A stretch of DNA of 64,000 nucleotides from NCBI GenBank assembly GCA_964016885.1, contig OZ024744.1, positions 57,164,001 to 57,228,000 on the forward strand, read 5' to 3'. This stretch comes from Eledone cirrhosa. Taxonomy: Eukaryota. The translations under genes and the position numbers were made by a program. Below the pieces are notes generated by a model that was not told the origin of the DNA, searched no databases, and was given only the letters and a program-made list of their open reading frames with translations. Of the stretch, positions 13,401 through 27,317 are shown piece after piece. Within the stretch, counting starts at the first letter, position 1. Every line of letters begins with the position of its first letter.

Positions 13401-16400
13401 TGATGAAACCAGTAGTTGTAGTTGTTATGGTGATTACTGTAAAGTCTTGTCATAGTTGATGAAGCCAGTAGTTGTAGTTGTTATGGTGATTACTGTAAAG
13501 TCTTGTCATAGTTGATGAAACCAGTAGTTGTAGTTGTTATGGTGATTACTGTAAATTCTTGTCATAGTTGATGAAACCAGTAGTTGTAGTTGTTATGGTG
13601 ATTACTGTAAAGTCTTGTCATAGTTGATGAAACTAGTAGTTGTAGTTGTTATGGTGATTACTGTAAAGTCTTGTCTTAGTTGATGAAACCAGTAGTTGTA
13701 GTTGTTATGGTGATTACTGTAAAGTCTTGTCATAGTTGATGAAACCAGTAGTTGTAGTTGTTATGGTGATTACTGTAAAGTCTTGTCATAGTTGATGAAG
13801 CCAGTAGTTGTAGTTGTTATGGTGATTACTGTAAAGTCTTGTCATAGTTGATGAAACCAGTAGTTGTAGTTGTTATGGTGATTACTGTAAAGTCTTGTCA
13901 TAGTTGATGAAACCAGTAGTTGTAGTTGTTATGGTGATTACTGTAAAGTCTTGTCATAGTTGATGAAACCAGTAGTTGTAGTTGTTATGGTGATTACTGT
14001 AAAGTCTTGTCTTAGTTGATGAAACCAGTAGTTGTAGTTGTTATGGTGATTACTGTAAAGTCTTGTCATAGTTGATGAAACCAGTAGCTTTAGTTGTTAT
14101 GGTGATTACTGTAAAGTCTTGTCATAGTTGATGAAACTAGTAGTTGTAGTTGTTATGGTGATTACTGTAAAGTCTTGTCTTAGTTGATGAAACTAGTAGT
14201 TTTAGTTGTTATGGTGATTACTGTAAAGTCTTGTCATAGTTGATGAAACCAGTAGCTGTAGTTGTTATGGTGATTACTGTAAAGTCTTGTCTTAGTTGAT
14301 GAAACTAGTAGTTTTAGTTGTTATGGTGATTACTGTAAAGTCTTGTCATAGTTGATGAAACCAGTAGCTGTAGTTGTTATGGTGATTACTGTAAAGTCTT
14401 GTCATAGTTGATGAAACTAGTAGTTGTAGTTGTTATGGTGATTACTGTAAAGTCTTGTCTTAGCTGATGAAACTAGTAGTTTTAGTTGTTATGGTGATTA
14501 CTGTAAAGTCTTGTCATAGTTGATGAAACCAGTAGTTGTAGTTGTTATGGTGATTACTGTAAAGTCTTGTCTTAGTTGATGAAACCAGTAGTTGTAGTTG
14601 TTATGGTGATTACTGTAAAGTCTTGTCATAGTTGATGAAACTAGTAGTTGTAGTTGTTATGGTGATTACTGTAAAGTCTTGTCATAGTTGATGAAACCAG
14701 TAGTTGTAGTTGTTATGGTGATTACTGTAAAGTCTTCTCATAGTTGATGAAACCAGTAGTTGTAGTTGTTATGGTGATTACTGTAAAGTCTTGTCATAGT
14801 TGATGAAACTAGTAGTTTTAGTTGTTATGGTGATTACTGTAAAGTCTTGTCATAGTTGATGAAACCAGTAGTTGTAGTTGTTATGGTGATTACTGTAAAG
14901 TCTTGTCATAGCTGATGAAACTAGTAGTTTTAGTTGTTATGGTGATTACTGTAAAGTCTTGTCTTAGCTGATGAAACTAGTAGTTTTAGTTGTTATGGTG
15001 ATTACTGTAAAGTCTTGTCTTAGTTGATGAAACCAGTAGTTGTAGTTGTTATGGTGATTACTGTAAAGTCTTGTCATAGTTGATGAAACCAGTAGTTGTA
15101 GTTGTTATGGTGATTACTGTAAAGTCTTGTCATAGTTGATGAAACTAGTAGTTTTAGTTGTTATGGTGATTACTGTAAAGTCTTGTCATAGTTGATGAAA
15201 CCAGTAGTTGTAGTTGTTATGGTGATTACTGTAAAGTCTTGTCATAGCTGATGAAACTAGTAGTTGTAGTTGTTATGGTGATTACTGTAAAGTCTTGTCT
15301 TAGCTGATGAAACTAGTAGTTTTAGTTGTTATGGTGATTACTGTAAAGTCTTGTCTTAGTTGATGAAACCAGTAGTTGTAGTTGTTATGGTGATTACTGT
15401 AAAGTCTTGTCATAGTTGATGAAACCAGTAGTTGTAGTTGTTATGGTGATTACTGTAAAGTCTTGTCATAGTTGATGAAACTAGTAGTTTTAGTTGTTAT
15501 GGTGATTACTGTAAAGTCTTGTCATAGTTGATGAAACCAGTAGTTGTAGTTGTTATGGTGATTACTGTAAAGTCTTGTCTTAGCTGATGAAACTAGTAGT
15601 TTTAGTTGTTATGGTGATTACTGTAAAGTCTTGTCATAGTTGATGAAACCAGTAGTTGTAGTTGTTATGGTGATTACTGTAAAGTCTTGTCATAGTTGAT
15701 GAAACCAGTAGTTGTAGTTGTTATGGTGATTACTGTAAAGTCTTGTCTTAGTTGATGAAACTAGTAGTTTTAGTTGTTATGATGATTACTGTAAAGTCTT
15801 GTCATAGTTGATGAAACTAGTAGTTGTAGTTGTTATGGTGATTACTGTAAAGTCTTGTCATAGTTGATGAAACTAGTAGTTGTAGTTGTTATGGTGATTA
15901 CTGTAAAGTCTTGTCATAGTTGATGAAACTAGTAGTTTTAGTTGTTATGGTGATTACTGTAAAGTCTTGTCATAGTTGATGAAACCAGTAGTTGTAGTTG
16001 TTATGGTGATTACTGTAAAGTCTTGTCTTAGTTGATGAAACCAGTAGTTGTAGTTGTTATGGTGATTACTGTAAAGTCTTGTCATAGTTGATGAAACTAG
16101 TAGTTGTAGTTGTTATGGTGATTACTGTAAAGTCTTGTCTTAGCTGATGAAACTAGTAGTTTTAGTTGTTATGGTGATTACTGTAAAGTCTTGTCTTAGT
16201 TGATGAAACCAGTAGTTGTAGTTGTTATGGTGATTACTGTAAAGTCTTGTCATAGTTGATGAAACCAGTAGTTGTAGTTGTTATGGTGATTACTGTAAAG
16301 TCTTGTCATAGTTGATGAAACTAGTAGTTTTAGTTGTTATGGTGATTACTGTAAAGTCTTGTCATAGTTGATGAAACCAGTAGTTGTAGTTGTTATGGTG

Positions 16401-19400
16401 ATTACTGTAAAGTCTTGTCTTAGCTGATGAAACTAGTAGTTTTAGTTGTTATGGTGATTACTGTAAAGTCTTGTCATAGTTGATGAAACTAGTAGTTGTA
16501 GTTGTTATGGTGATTACTGTAAAGTCTTGTCTTAGTTGATGAAACCAGTAGTTGTAGTTGTTATGGTGATTACTGTAAAGTCTTGTCTTAGTTGATGAAA
16601 CTAGTAGTTTTAGTTGTTATGGTGATTACTGTAAAGTCTTGTCATAGTTGATGAAACTAGTAGTTGTAGTTGTTATGGTGATTACTGTAAAGTCTTGTCA
16701 TAGTTGATGAAACTAGTAGTTGTAGTTGTTATGGTGATTACTGTAAAGTCTTGTCATAGTTGATGAAACTAGTAGTTTTAGTTGTTATGGTGATTACTGT
16801 AAAGTCTTGTCATAGTTGATGAAACCAGTAGTTGTAGTTGTTATGGTGATTACTGTAAAGTCTTGTCTTAGCTGATGAAACTAGTAGTTTTAGTTGTTAT
16901 GGTGATTACTGTAAAGTCTTGTCATAGTTGATGAAACCAGTAGTTGTAGTTGTTATGGTGATTACTGTAAAGTCTTGTCATAGTTGATGAAACCAGTAGT
17001 TGTAGTTGTTATGGTGATTACTGTAAAGTCTTGTCATAGTTGATGAAACCAGTAGTTGTAGTTGTTATGGTGATTACTGTAAAGTCTTGTCATAGTTGAT
17101 GAAACTAGTAGTTTTAGTTGTTATGGTGATAACTGTAAAGTCTTGTCATAGTTGATGAAACCAGTAGTTGTAGTTGTTATGGTGATTACTGTAAAGTCTT
17201 GTCATAGTTGATGAAACCAGTAGTTGTAGTTGTTATGGTGATTACTGTAAAGTCTTGTCATAGTTGATGAAACCAGTAGTTGTAGTTGTTATGGTGATTA
17301 CTGTAAAGTCTTGTCATAGTTGATGAAACCAGTAGTTTTAGTTGTTATGGTGATTACTGTAAAGTCTTGTCATAGTTGATGAAACCAGTAGTTGTAGTTG
17401 TTATGGTGATTACTGTAAAGTCTTGTCTTAGCTGATGAAACTAGTAGTTTTAGTTGTTATGGTGATTACTGTAAAGTCTTGTCTTAGTTGATGAAACTAG
17501 TAGTTGTAGTTGTTATGGTGATTACTGTAAAGTCTTGTCATAGTTGATGAAACCAGTAGTTGTAGTTGTTATGGTGATTACTGTAAAGTCTTGTCATAGT
17601 TGACGAAACCAGTAGTTGTAGTTGTTATGGTGATTACTGTAAAGTCTTGTCATAGTTGATGAAACCAGTAGTTGTAGTTGTTATGGTGATTACTGTAAAG
17701 TCTTGTCATAGTTGATGAAACTAGTAGTTGTAGTTGTTATGGTGATTACTATAAAGTCTTGTCATAGTTGATGAAACTAGTAGTTTTAGTTGTTATGGTG
17801 ATTACTGTAAAGTCTTGTCATAGTTGATGAAACTAGTAGTTTTAGTTGTTATGGTGATTACTGTAAAGTCTTGTCTTAGTTGATGAAACTAGTAGCTGTA
17901 GTTGTTATGGTGATTACTGTAAAGTCTTGTCATAGTTGATGAAACCAGTAGTTTTAGTTGTTATGGTGATTACTGTAAAGTCTTGTCATAGTTGATGAAA
18001 CTAGTAGTTGTAGTTGTTATGGTGATTACTGTAAAGTCTTGTCATAGTTGCTGAAACTAGTAGCTGTAGTTGTTATGGTGATTACTGTAAAGTCTTGTCA
18101 TAGTTGATGAAACTAGTAGTTGTAGTTGTTATGGTGATTACTGTAAAGTCTTGTCATAGTTGATGAAACCAGTAGTTTTAGTTGTTATGGTGATTACTGT
18201 AAAGTCTTGTCATAGTTGATGAAACCAGTAGTTGTAGTTGTTATGGTGATTACTGTAAAGTCTTGTCATAGTTGATGAAACTAGTAGTTGTAGTTGTTAT
18301 GGTGATTACTGTAAAGTCTTGTCATAGTTGATGAAACTAGTAGTTTTAGTTGTTATGGTGATTACTGTAAAGTCTTGTCATAGTTGATGAAACCAGTAGT
18401 TGTAGTTGTTATGGTGATTACTGTAAAGTCTTGTCTTAGCTGATGAAACTAGTAGTTTTAGTTGTTATGGTGATTACTGTAAAGTCTTGTCATAGTTGAT
18501 GAAACCAGTAGTTGTAGTTGTTATGGTGATTACTGTAAAGTCTTGTCATAGTTGATGAAACCAGTAGTTGTAGTTGTTATGGTGATTACTGTAAAGTCTT
18601 GTCATAGTTGATGAAACTAGTAGTTTTAGTTGTTATGGTGATTACTGTAAAGTCTTGTCTTAGTTGATGAAACTAGTAGCTGTAGTTGTTATGGTGATTA
18701 CTGTAAAGTCTTGTCATAGTTGATGAAACCAGTAGTTTTAGTTGTTATGGTGATTACTGTAAAGTCTTGTCATAGTTGATGAAACTAGTAGTTGTAGTTG
18801 TTATGGTGATTACTGTAAAGTCTTGTCATAGTTGCTGAAACTAGTAGCTGTAGTTGTTATGGTGATTACTGTAAAGTCTTGTCATAGTTGATGAAACTAG
18901 TAGTTGTAGTTGTTATGGTGATTACTGTAAAGTCTTGTCATAGTTGATGAAACCAGTAGTTTTAGTTGTTATGGTGATTACTGTAAAGTCTTGTCATAGT
19001 TGATGAAACCAGTAGTTGTAGTTGTTATGGTGATTACTGTAAAGTCTTGTCATATTTGATGAAACTAGTAGTTGTAGTTGTTATGGTGATTACTGTAAAG
19101 TCTTGTCATAGTTGATGAAACTAGTAGTTTTAGTTGTTATGGTGATTACTGTAAAGTCTTGTCATAGTTGATGAAACCAGTAGTTGTAGTTGTTATGGTG
19201 ATTACTGTAAAGTCTTGTCTTAGCTGATGAAACTAGTAGTTTTAGTTGTTATGGTGATTACTGTAAAGTCTTGTCATAGTTGATGAAACCAGTAGTTGTA
19301 GTTGTTATGGTGATTACTGTAAAGTCTTGTCATAGTTGATGAAACCAGTAGTTGTAGTTGTTATGGTGATTACTGTAAAGTCTTGTCATAGTTGATGAAA

Positions 19401-22400
19401 CCAGTAGTTGTAGTTGTTATGGTGATTACTGTAAAGTATTGTCATAGTTGATGAAACTAGTAGTTTTAGTTGTTATGGTGATAACTGTAAAGTCTTGTCA
19501 TAGTTGATGAAACCAGTAGTTGTAGTTGTTATGGTGATTACTGTAAAGTCTTGTCATAGTTGATGAAACCAGTAGTTGTAGTTGTTATGGTGATTACTGT
19601 AAAGTCCTGTCATAGTTGATGAAACTAGTAGTTTTAGTTGTTATGGTGATTACAGTAAAGTCTTGTCTTAGCTGATGAAACTAGTAGTTTTAGTTGTTAT
19701 GGTGATTACTGTAAAGTCTTGTCTTAGTTGATGAAACCAGTAGTTGTAGTTGTTATGGTGATTACTGTAAAGTCTTGTCTTAGCTGATGAAACTAGTAGT
19801 TTTAGTTGTTATGGTGATTACTGTAAAGTCTTGTCATAGTTGATGAAACCAGTAGTTGTAGTTGTTATGGTGATTACTGTAAAGTCTTGTCATAGTTGAT
19901 GAAACCAGTAGTTGTAGTTGTTATGGTGATTACTGTAAAGTCTTGTCATAGTTGATGAAACCAGTAGTTGTAGTTGTTATGGTGATTACTGTAAAGTCTT
20001 GTCATAGTTGATGAAACTAGTAGTTTTAGTTGTTATGGTGATAACTGTAAAGTCTTGTCATAGTTGATGAAACCAGTAGTTGTAGTTGTTATGGTGATTA
20101 CTGTAAAGTCTTGTCATAGTTGATGAAACCAGTAGTTGTAGTTGTTATGGTGATTACTGTAAAGTCTTGTCATAGTTGATGAAACCAGTAGTTGTAGTTG
20201 TTATGGTGATTACTGTAAAGTCTTGTCATAGTTGATGAAACCAGTAGTTTTAGTTGTTATGGTGATTACTGTAAAGTCTTGTCATAGTTGATGAAACCAG
20301 TAGTTGTAGTTGTTATGGTGATTACTGTAAAGTCTTGTCTTAGCTGATGAAACTAGTAGTTTTAGTTGTTATGGTGATTACTGTAAAGTCTTGTCTTAGT
20401 TGATGAAACTAGTAGTTGTAGTTGTTATGGTGATTACTGTAAAGTCTTGTCATAGTTGATGAAACCAGTAGTTGTAGTTGTTATGGTGATTACTGTAAAG
20501 CCTTGTCATAGTTGACGAAACCAGTAGTTGTAGTTGTTATGGTGATTACTGTAAAGTCTTGTCATAGTTGATGAAACTAGTAGCTGTAGTTGTTATGGTG
20601 ATTACTGTAAAGTCTTGTCATAGTTGATGAAACCAGTAGTTGTAGTTGTTATGGTGATTACTGTAAAGTCTTGTCATAGTTGATGAAACTAGTAGTTTTA
20701 GTTGTTATGGTGATTACTGTAAAGTCTTGTCATAGTTGATGAAACCAGTAGTTTTAGTTGTTATGGTGATTACTGTAAAGTCTTGTCTTAGTTGATGAAA
20801 CTAGTAGTTTTAGTTGTTATGGTGATTACTGTAAACTCTTGTCATAGTTGATGAAACTAGTAGTTGTAGTTGTTATGGTGATTACTATAAAGTCTTGTCA
20901 TAGTTGATGAAACTAGTAGTTTTAGTTGTTATGGTGATTACTGTAAAGTCTTGTCATAGTTGATGAAACTAGTAGTTTTAGTTGTTATGGTGATTACTGT
21001 AAAGTCTTGTCTTAGTTGATGAAACTAGTAGCTGTAGTTGTTATGGTGATTACTGTAAAGTCTTGTCATAGTTGATGAAACCAGTAGTTTTAGTTGTTAT
21101 GGTGATTACTGTAAAGTCTTGTCATAGTTGATGAAACTAGTAGTTGTAGTTGTTATGGTGATTACTGTAAAGTCTTGTCATAGTTGCTGAAACTAGTAGC
21201 TGTAGTTGTTATGGTGATTACTGTAAAGTCTTGTCATAGTTGATGAAACTAGTAGTTGTAGTTGTTATGGTGATTACTGTAAAGTCTTGTCATAGTTGAT
21301 GAAACCAGTAGTTTTAGTTGTTATGGTGATTACTGTAAAGTCTTGTCATAGTTGATGAAACCAGTAGTTGTAGTTGTTATGGTGATTACTGTAAAGTCTT
21401 GTCATAGTTGATGAAACTAGTAGTTGTAGTTGTTATGGTGATTACTGTAAAGTCTTGTCATAGTTGATGAAACTAGTAGTTTTAGTTGTTATGGTGATTA
21501 CTGTAAAGTCTTGTCATAGTTGATGAAACCAGTAGTTGTAGTTGTTATGGTGATTACTGTAAAGTCTTGTCTTAGCTGATGAAACTAGTAGTTTTAGTTG
21601 TTATGGTGATTACTGTAAAGTCTTGTCATAGTTGATGAAACCAGTAGTTGTAGTTGTTATGGTGATTACTGTAAAGTCTTGTCATAGTTGATGAAACCAG
21701 TAGTTGTAGTTGTTATGGTGATTACTGTAAAGTCTTGTCATAGTTGATGAAACCAGTAGTTGTAGTTGTTATGGTGATTACTGTAAAGTATTGTCATAGT
21801 TGATGAAACTAGTAGTTTTAGTTGTTATGGTGATAACTGTAAAGTCTTGTCATAGTTGATGAAACCAGTAGTTGTAGTTGTTATGGTGATTACTGTAAAG
21901 TCTTGTCATAGTTGATGAAACCAGTAGTTGTAGTTGTTATGGTGATTACTGTAAAGTCCTGTCATAGTTGATGAAACTAGTAGTTTTAGTTGTTATGGTG
22001 ATTACAGTAAAGTCTTGTCTTAGCTGATGAAACTAGTAGTTTTAGTTGTTATGGTGATTACTGTAAAGTCTTGTCTTAGTTGATGAAACCAGTAGTTGTA
22101 GTTGTTATGGTGATTACTGTAAAGTCTTGTCATAGTTGATGAAACCAGTAGTTTTAGTTGTTATGGTGATTACTGTAAAGTCTTGTCATAGTTGATGAAA
22201 CTAGTAGTTGTAGTTGTTATGGTGATTACTGTAAAGTCTTGTCTTAGCTGATGAAACTAGTAGTTTTAGTTGTTATGGTGATTACTGTAAAGTCTTGTCA
22301 TAGTTGATGAAACTAGTAGTTGTAGTTGTTATGGTGATTACTGTAAAGTCTTGTCATAGTTGATGAAACTAGTAGTTTTAGTTGTTATGGTGATTACTGT

Positions 22401-24522
22401 AAAGTCTTGTCTTAGCTGATGAAACTAGTAGTTTTAGTTGTTATGGTGATTACTGTAAAGTCTTGTCTTAGTTGATGAAACTAGTAGTTGTAGTTGTTAT
22501 GGTGATTACTGTAAAGTCTTGTCATAGTTGATGAAACCAGTAGTTGTAGTTGTTATGGTGATTACTGTAAAGTCTTGTCATAGTTGATGAAACCAGTAGT
22601 TGTAGTTGTTATGGTGATTACTGTAAAGTCTTGTCATAGTTGATGAAACTAGTAGCTGTAGTTGTTATGGTGATTACTGTAAAGTCTTGTCATAGTTGAT
22701 GAAACTAGTAGCTGTAGTTGTTATGGTGATTACTGTAAAGTCTTGTCATAGTTGATGAAACCAGTAGTTGTAGTTGTTATGGTGATTACTGTAAAGTCTT
22801 GTCATAGTTGATGAAACCAGTAGTTGTAGTTGTTATGGTGATTACTGTAAAGTCTTGTCATAGTTGATGAAACTAGTAGCTGTAGTTGTTATGGTGATTA
22901 CTGTAAAGTCTTGTCATAGTTGATGAAACCAGTAGTTGTAGCTGTTATGGTGATTACTGTAAAGTCTTGTCATAGTTGATGAAACCAGTAGTTGTAGTTG
23001 TTATGGTGATTACTGTAAAGTCTTGTCATAGTTGATGAAACTAGTAGTTGTAGTTGTTATGGTGATTACTGTAAAGTCTTGTCATAGTTGATGAAACTAG
23101 TAGTTGTAGTTGTTATGGTGATTACTGTAAAGTCTTGTCATAGTTGATGAAACCAGTAGTTGTAGTTGTTATGGTGATTACTGTAAAGTCTTGTCATAGT
23201 TGATGAAACCAGTAGTTGTAGTTGTTATGGTGATTACTGTAAAGTCTTGTCATAGTTGATGAAACCAGTAGTTGTAGTTGTTATGGTGATTACTGTAAAG
23301 TCTTGTCATAGTTGATGAAACTAGTAGTTGTAGTTGTTATGGTGATTACTGTAAAGTCTTGTCATAGTTGATGAAACCAGTAGTTGTAGTTGTTATGGTG
23401 ATTACTGTAAAGTCTTGTCATAGTTGATGAAACCAGTAGTTGTAGTTGTTATGGTGATTACTGTAAAGTCTTGTCATAGTTGATGAAACCAGTAGTTGTA
23501 GTTGTTATGGTGATTACTGTAAAGTCTTGTCATAGTTGATGAAACCAGTAGCTGTAGTTGTTATGGTGATTACTGTAAAGTCTTGTCATAGTTGATGAAA
23601 CCAGTAGTTTTAGTTGTTATGGTGATTACTGTAAAGTCTTGTCATAGCTGATGAAACTAGTAGTTGTAGTTGTTATGGTGATTATTGTAAAGTCTTGTCA
23701 TAGTTGATGAAACCAGTAGTTTTAGTTGTTATGGTGATTACTGTAAAGTCTTGTCATAGCTGATGAAACTAGTAGTTGTAGTTGTTATGGTGATTACTGT
23801 AAAGTCTTGTCTTAGTTGATGAAACCAGTAGTTGTAGTTGTTATGGTGATTACTGTAAAGTCTTGTCATAGCTGATGAAACCAGTAGTTGTAGTTTTTAT
23901 GGTGATTACTGTAAAGTCTTGTCATAGTTGATGAAACCAGTAGTTGTAGTTTTTATGGTGATTACTGTAAAGTCTTGTCATAGTTGATGAAACCAGTAGT
24001 TGTAGTTTTTATGGTGATTACTGTAAAGTCTTGTCATAGTTGATGAAGCCAGTAGTTGTAGTTGTTATGGTGATTACTGTAAAGTCTTGTCTTAGTTGAT
24101 GAAACTAGTAGTTGTAGTTGTTATGGTGATTACAGTAAAGTCTTGTCATAGTTGATGAAACCAGTAGTTGTAGTTTTTATGGTGATTACTGTAAAGTCTT
24201 GTCATAGTTGATGAAACCAGTAGTTGTAGTTGTTATGGTGATTACTGTAAAGTCTTGTCATAGTTGATGAAACCAGTAGTTGTAGTTTTTATGGTGATTA
24301 CTGTAAAGTCTTGTCATAGTTGATGAAACCAGTAGTTGTAGTTGTTATGGTGATTACTGTAAAGTCTTGTCATAGTTGATGAAACCAGTAGTTGTAGTTG
24401 TTATGGTGATTACTGTAAAGTCTTGTCATAGTTGATGAAACCAGTAGTTGTAGTTTTTATGGTGATTACTGTAAAGTCTTGTCATAGTTGATGAAACCAG
24501 TAGTTGTAGTTGTTATGGTGAT
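7452..24522. repeat. 56-bp tandem satellite, about 305 copies
   Basis: Unit gtcttgtcatagttgatgaaaccagtagttgtagttgttatggtgattactgtaaa; 17,071 bp / 56 = ~305; only point variants seen, no spacers. Confidence 0.98.
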
Positions 24523-25535
24523 GTAATGTTCTGAAGGTGAAGACGATTTTCCTCAACCACATTGATATGAATTTACAAATGAAGAACGCATTGCTAATTT
24601 TTATAAGTTTTTATTAGTCACAGGGAAAAGATATATGTATAATCGTAGTGTATTGATTATGTGTGTCAATGTCAGTGCTGGATTTACCTTTGTGTTTAGG
24701 TGTGCTTAAACACAGGGCCACATTGGCCAGTGAAGCTATCTTCCTGCCAAAAACTTTTTGCCTCATTCAGAGCCCATGTAAGGAGCCTCATAACTTAACT
24801 AACACAGGAGGACCTCACTTGTCCTAAATCCAACACTGGTAATGTAGAATCTAAAAGTAGTGAATTAAACTAACCTTTTGTTGATGTCAGTATGTAGCTG
24901 TGCTAGCTCAGTGCTAACAGAGTTAGCTAGTGAAAGTGTGTGTCTATGTGTGGCTACATGACGAACTGTGCAAGACTGAAATCTGACTATTAGTCTGTGA
25001 CAGAGCAAAGGAACAAACTAAACATTCTATGGTCAAAATGTCTTGTATTTATAAGGGTTGGGTGCCCAGAAAACATTAAACAGGTCGCCAGTGACAATTT
25101 CCTTTTAAACAAAGGCTGTAAACCTAAACAGCAACAATGCTAGATCAAACAAAGAAATTGGTATCTAAGTCAAGCTAACTAAGGTTAAAGGTCAGCATGT
25201 GTTGATATGTGACTATTTAAGAACATAGGAACAATCTCATTGAGGTTTTGTTACTGATTTTCTCCCATTAATCTTGCTTTAAATATAATTAGGTCATTTG
25301 AATTACTCTCCCATCATCGCTTCAATTCTCCCCGTCACACGCATGCAAACCTATGAAATCACATACACATACACAAGGACACACATACATATACACAAAC
25401 CTATGCATATACATTTACACATACACACATACATGCACAAGCACATTCACATACAAATACTCAATTACACATACTCTGACACATTTAAAGCTGAGGAATA
25501 AAAATATAGTATTGTTATATGTATACACCATTTAG

Positions 25536-25685
25536 CAGGCATGGGTGTGAAGTTAAGGAATTTGTTTCAGTACCATGTGGTTTCATATTTAGTTCCATTA
25601 TGTGGTACCTTGAGCAAATATCTACAAGCAGAGATTGACCAAAGCCATGAGAGTGGAATTTAGTAAATGGAAACTGTAGAATCGT
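25536..25685 (+). mobile_element. Degenerate tRNA-headed SINE
   Basis: ggcatgggtgtgaagttaag..ccttgagcaa..accaaagcc..gagtggaatttagta..ggaaactg. Confidence 0.5.
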
Positions 25686-25695
25686 ATCATGTATA

Positions 25696-25767
<72 letters not shown>

Positions 25768-25769
<2 letters not shown>

Positions 25770-26112
25770 AGTTAAAATGAAATAAAAAATCAAGTCATTA
25801 GAGATATACTTCACTGCTTTACGATCGTTTCTAGATGATGATAATACATTGTAGCTATACTCAGTTATTGATCTATGTAGCTACAATGTATTATCATCAT
25901 CTAGAAACGATCGTAAAGCAGTGAAGTATATCTCTAATGACTTGATTTTTTATTTCATTGTTTTAACTTTAATCATGACTCTGTTTTCCTTTTAATGTTT
26001 TATTGTTTTCCGAGATTTATCTTAACCTACAACATTTTCAACATATGGATTACATCGAGTTCTTCATGCAGAATAGACCCCACAACTTACTGTGGATACC
26101 TCTGTGTATTTT

Positions 26113-26118
<6 letters not shown>
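25768..26118 (+). mobile_element. (TA)n-flanked fold-back element (Penelope pLTR/retrozyme-like) containing the 3' half of a hammerhead
   Basis: ~90-bp inverted arms at ~25770-25858 and ~25878-25968; GAAA-CGAUCG-UA at 25904-25915; (TA)n on both sides. Confidence 0.6.
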
Positions 26119-26173
<55 letters not shown>

Positions 26174-26175
<2 letters not shown>

Positions 26176-26830
26176 AGCTGAGGTACCCGGCTTTGCCCGG
26201 GAGAACAGTTAAGAGAAAACAACTGTATTGGATAAGTTGTCTGGTGTGAGGTGAGACCGTAATGTGTTTGTGTGAGTGTGTGAGAGAGAGAGACATAAAA
26301 AAACAATCATAAAACTTCCTTATTAGACTGGGGGAATAAACTGTCGATTAAATGATAGCATTGGCCTTGAATTTAAATGTCAGTATGATCTTTTTCAGCT
26401 CCAAAGGACATCATCTGAAACACAGCAATATACCGCATAACATTGCTTCTGAAGTGTTGCTTCATTAGTATGGACTGTAAGTAGTGTATGGATAAAATAT
26501 GGAGGGTAGATTAATTTCAAATAGTATCAATTTTTCTTTGTTCTGTAAAATCAAAGGCTGTAAAATGACTTTATAAAAGCTAACGCAATATTGTTAAACC
26601 TTCCTATAGATTAAGCCATTTCTAGACTTTCAGGGGACGTTACTCTCTCTCTGAATATCTAACACTTTAATTGTATCTCTCTCTGTATAACGGCCTATCT
26701 CTCTCTTTCTGCCTCTCCCTTTGTGTGTTTGTCTCTCTCTCTCTTTAGACGTGTGTATATGTGTGTAGTTTTTGTGTGATTCAACCAACCAGCCAACCAA
26801 TAAACATCTTTCTTTAATCTCAAATATAGA
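26174..26830 (-). mobile_element. Non-autonomous Helitron
   Basis: Minus strand: A|TCTATATTTG at 26830; 3' hairpin cccgggcaaagccggg, then CTTG|T (one change from CTAG) at 26174. Confidence 0.65.
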
Positions 26831-26831
26831 T

Positions 26832-27200
26832 ATCATCATCATTGTTTAACGTCCATTTTCCACGCTAGGATAGGTAGGACAGGCTATCCTTTTGGGAGAG
26901 ATCAGGTCGGAGAACCGTGTTTTGCTCACATAGGGCTGATTTTGGCTTGATTTCTACATCTGGGTGCCCTTCCTAACGCCAACCACATTTACAGTGTGTG
27001 CTGGGTGCTTTTTGTTGTGACTCTTATTTGACCATTTTAGAGTGTGGGCTGGGCACTTTTTGTCATGACACCTACATGACCACTATACAGGGTGGGATGG
27101 GCACTTTTATCGTGGCTCCAGAGAGACCACTTCATGGTGTAGGATGGGAACTTGGGAGGGTGGGGGAAGAAGCTTGGAGTAAGTGAGGATGTAGCTAATA
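26832..27200 (-). mobile_element. RTE LINE 3' UTR fragment ending in (GAT)n
   Basis: gtttaacgtccattttccacgctag tail and gcccttcctaacgccaacc motif, both shared with 27320-27740. Confidence 0.75.
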
Positions 27201-27317
27201 GGGGATGGGTGGTGTATGGGAGGGGAGATGATAGAGGAAGGTGTTGCCTATTGGATATATTATTTGCATGATTAATAATGTAACAATGCATTGAGCTGCC
27301 AATCACATATATATCAT

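Noticed and set aside
7452-24522. 56-bp array as a CRISPR array or mucin-like coding repeat
   Set aside because: No unique spacers and no cas genes; the unit is not a multiple of 3 and has stops on both strands
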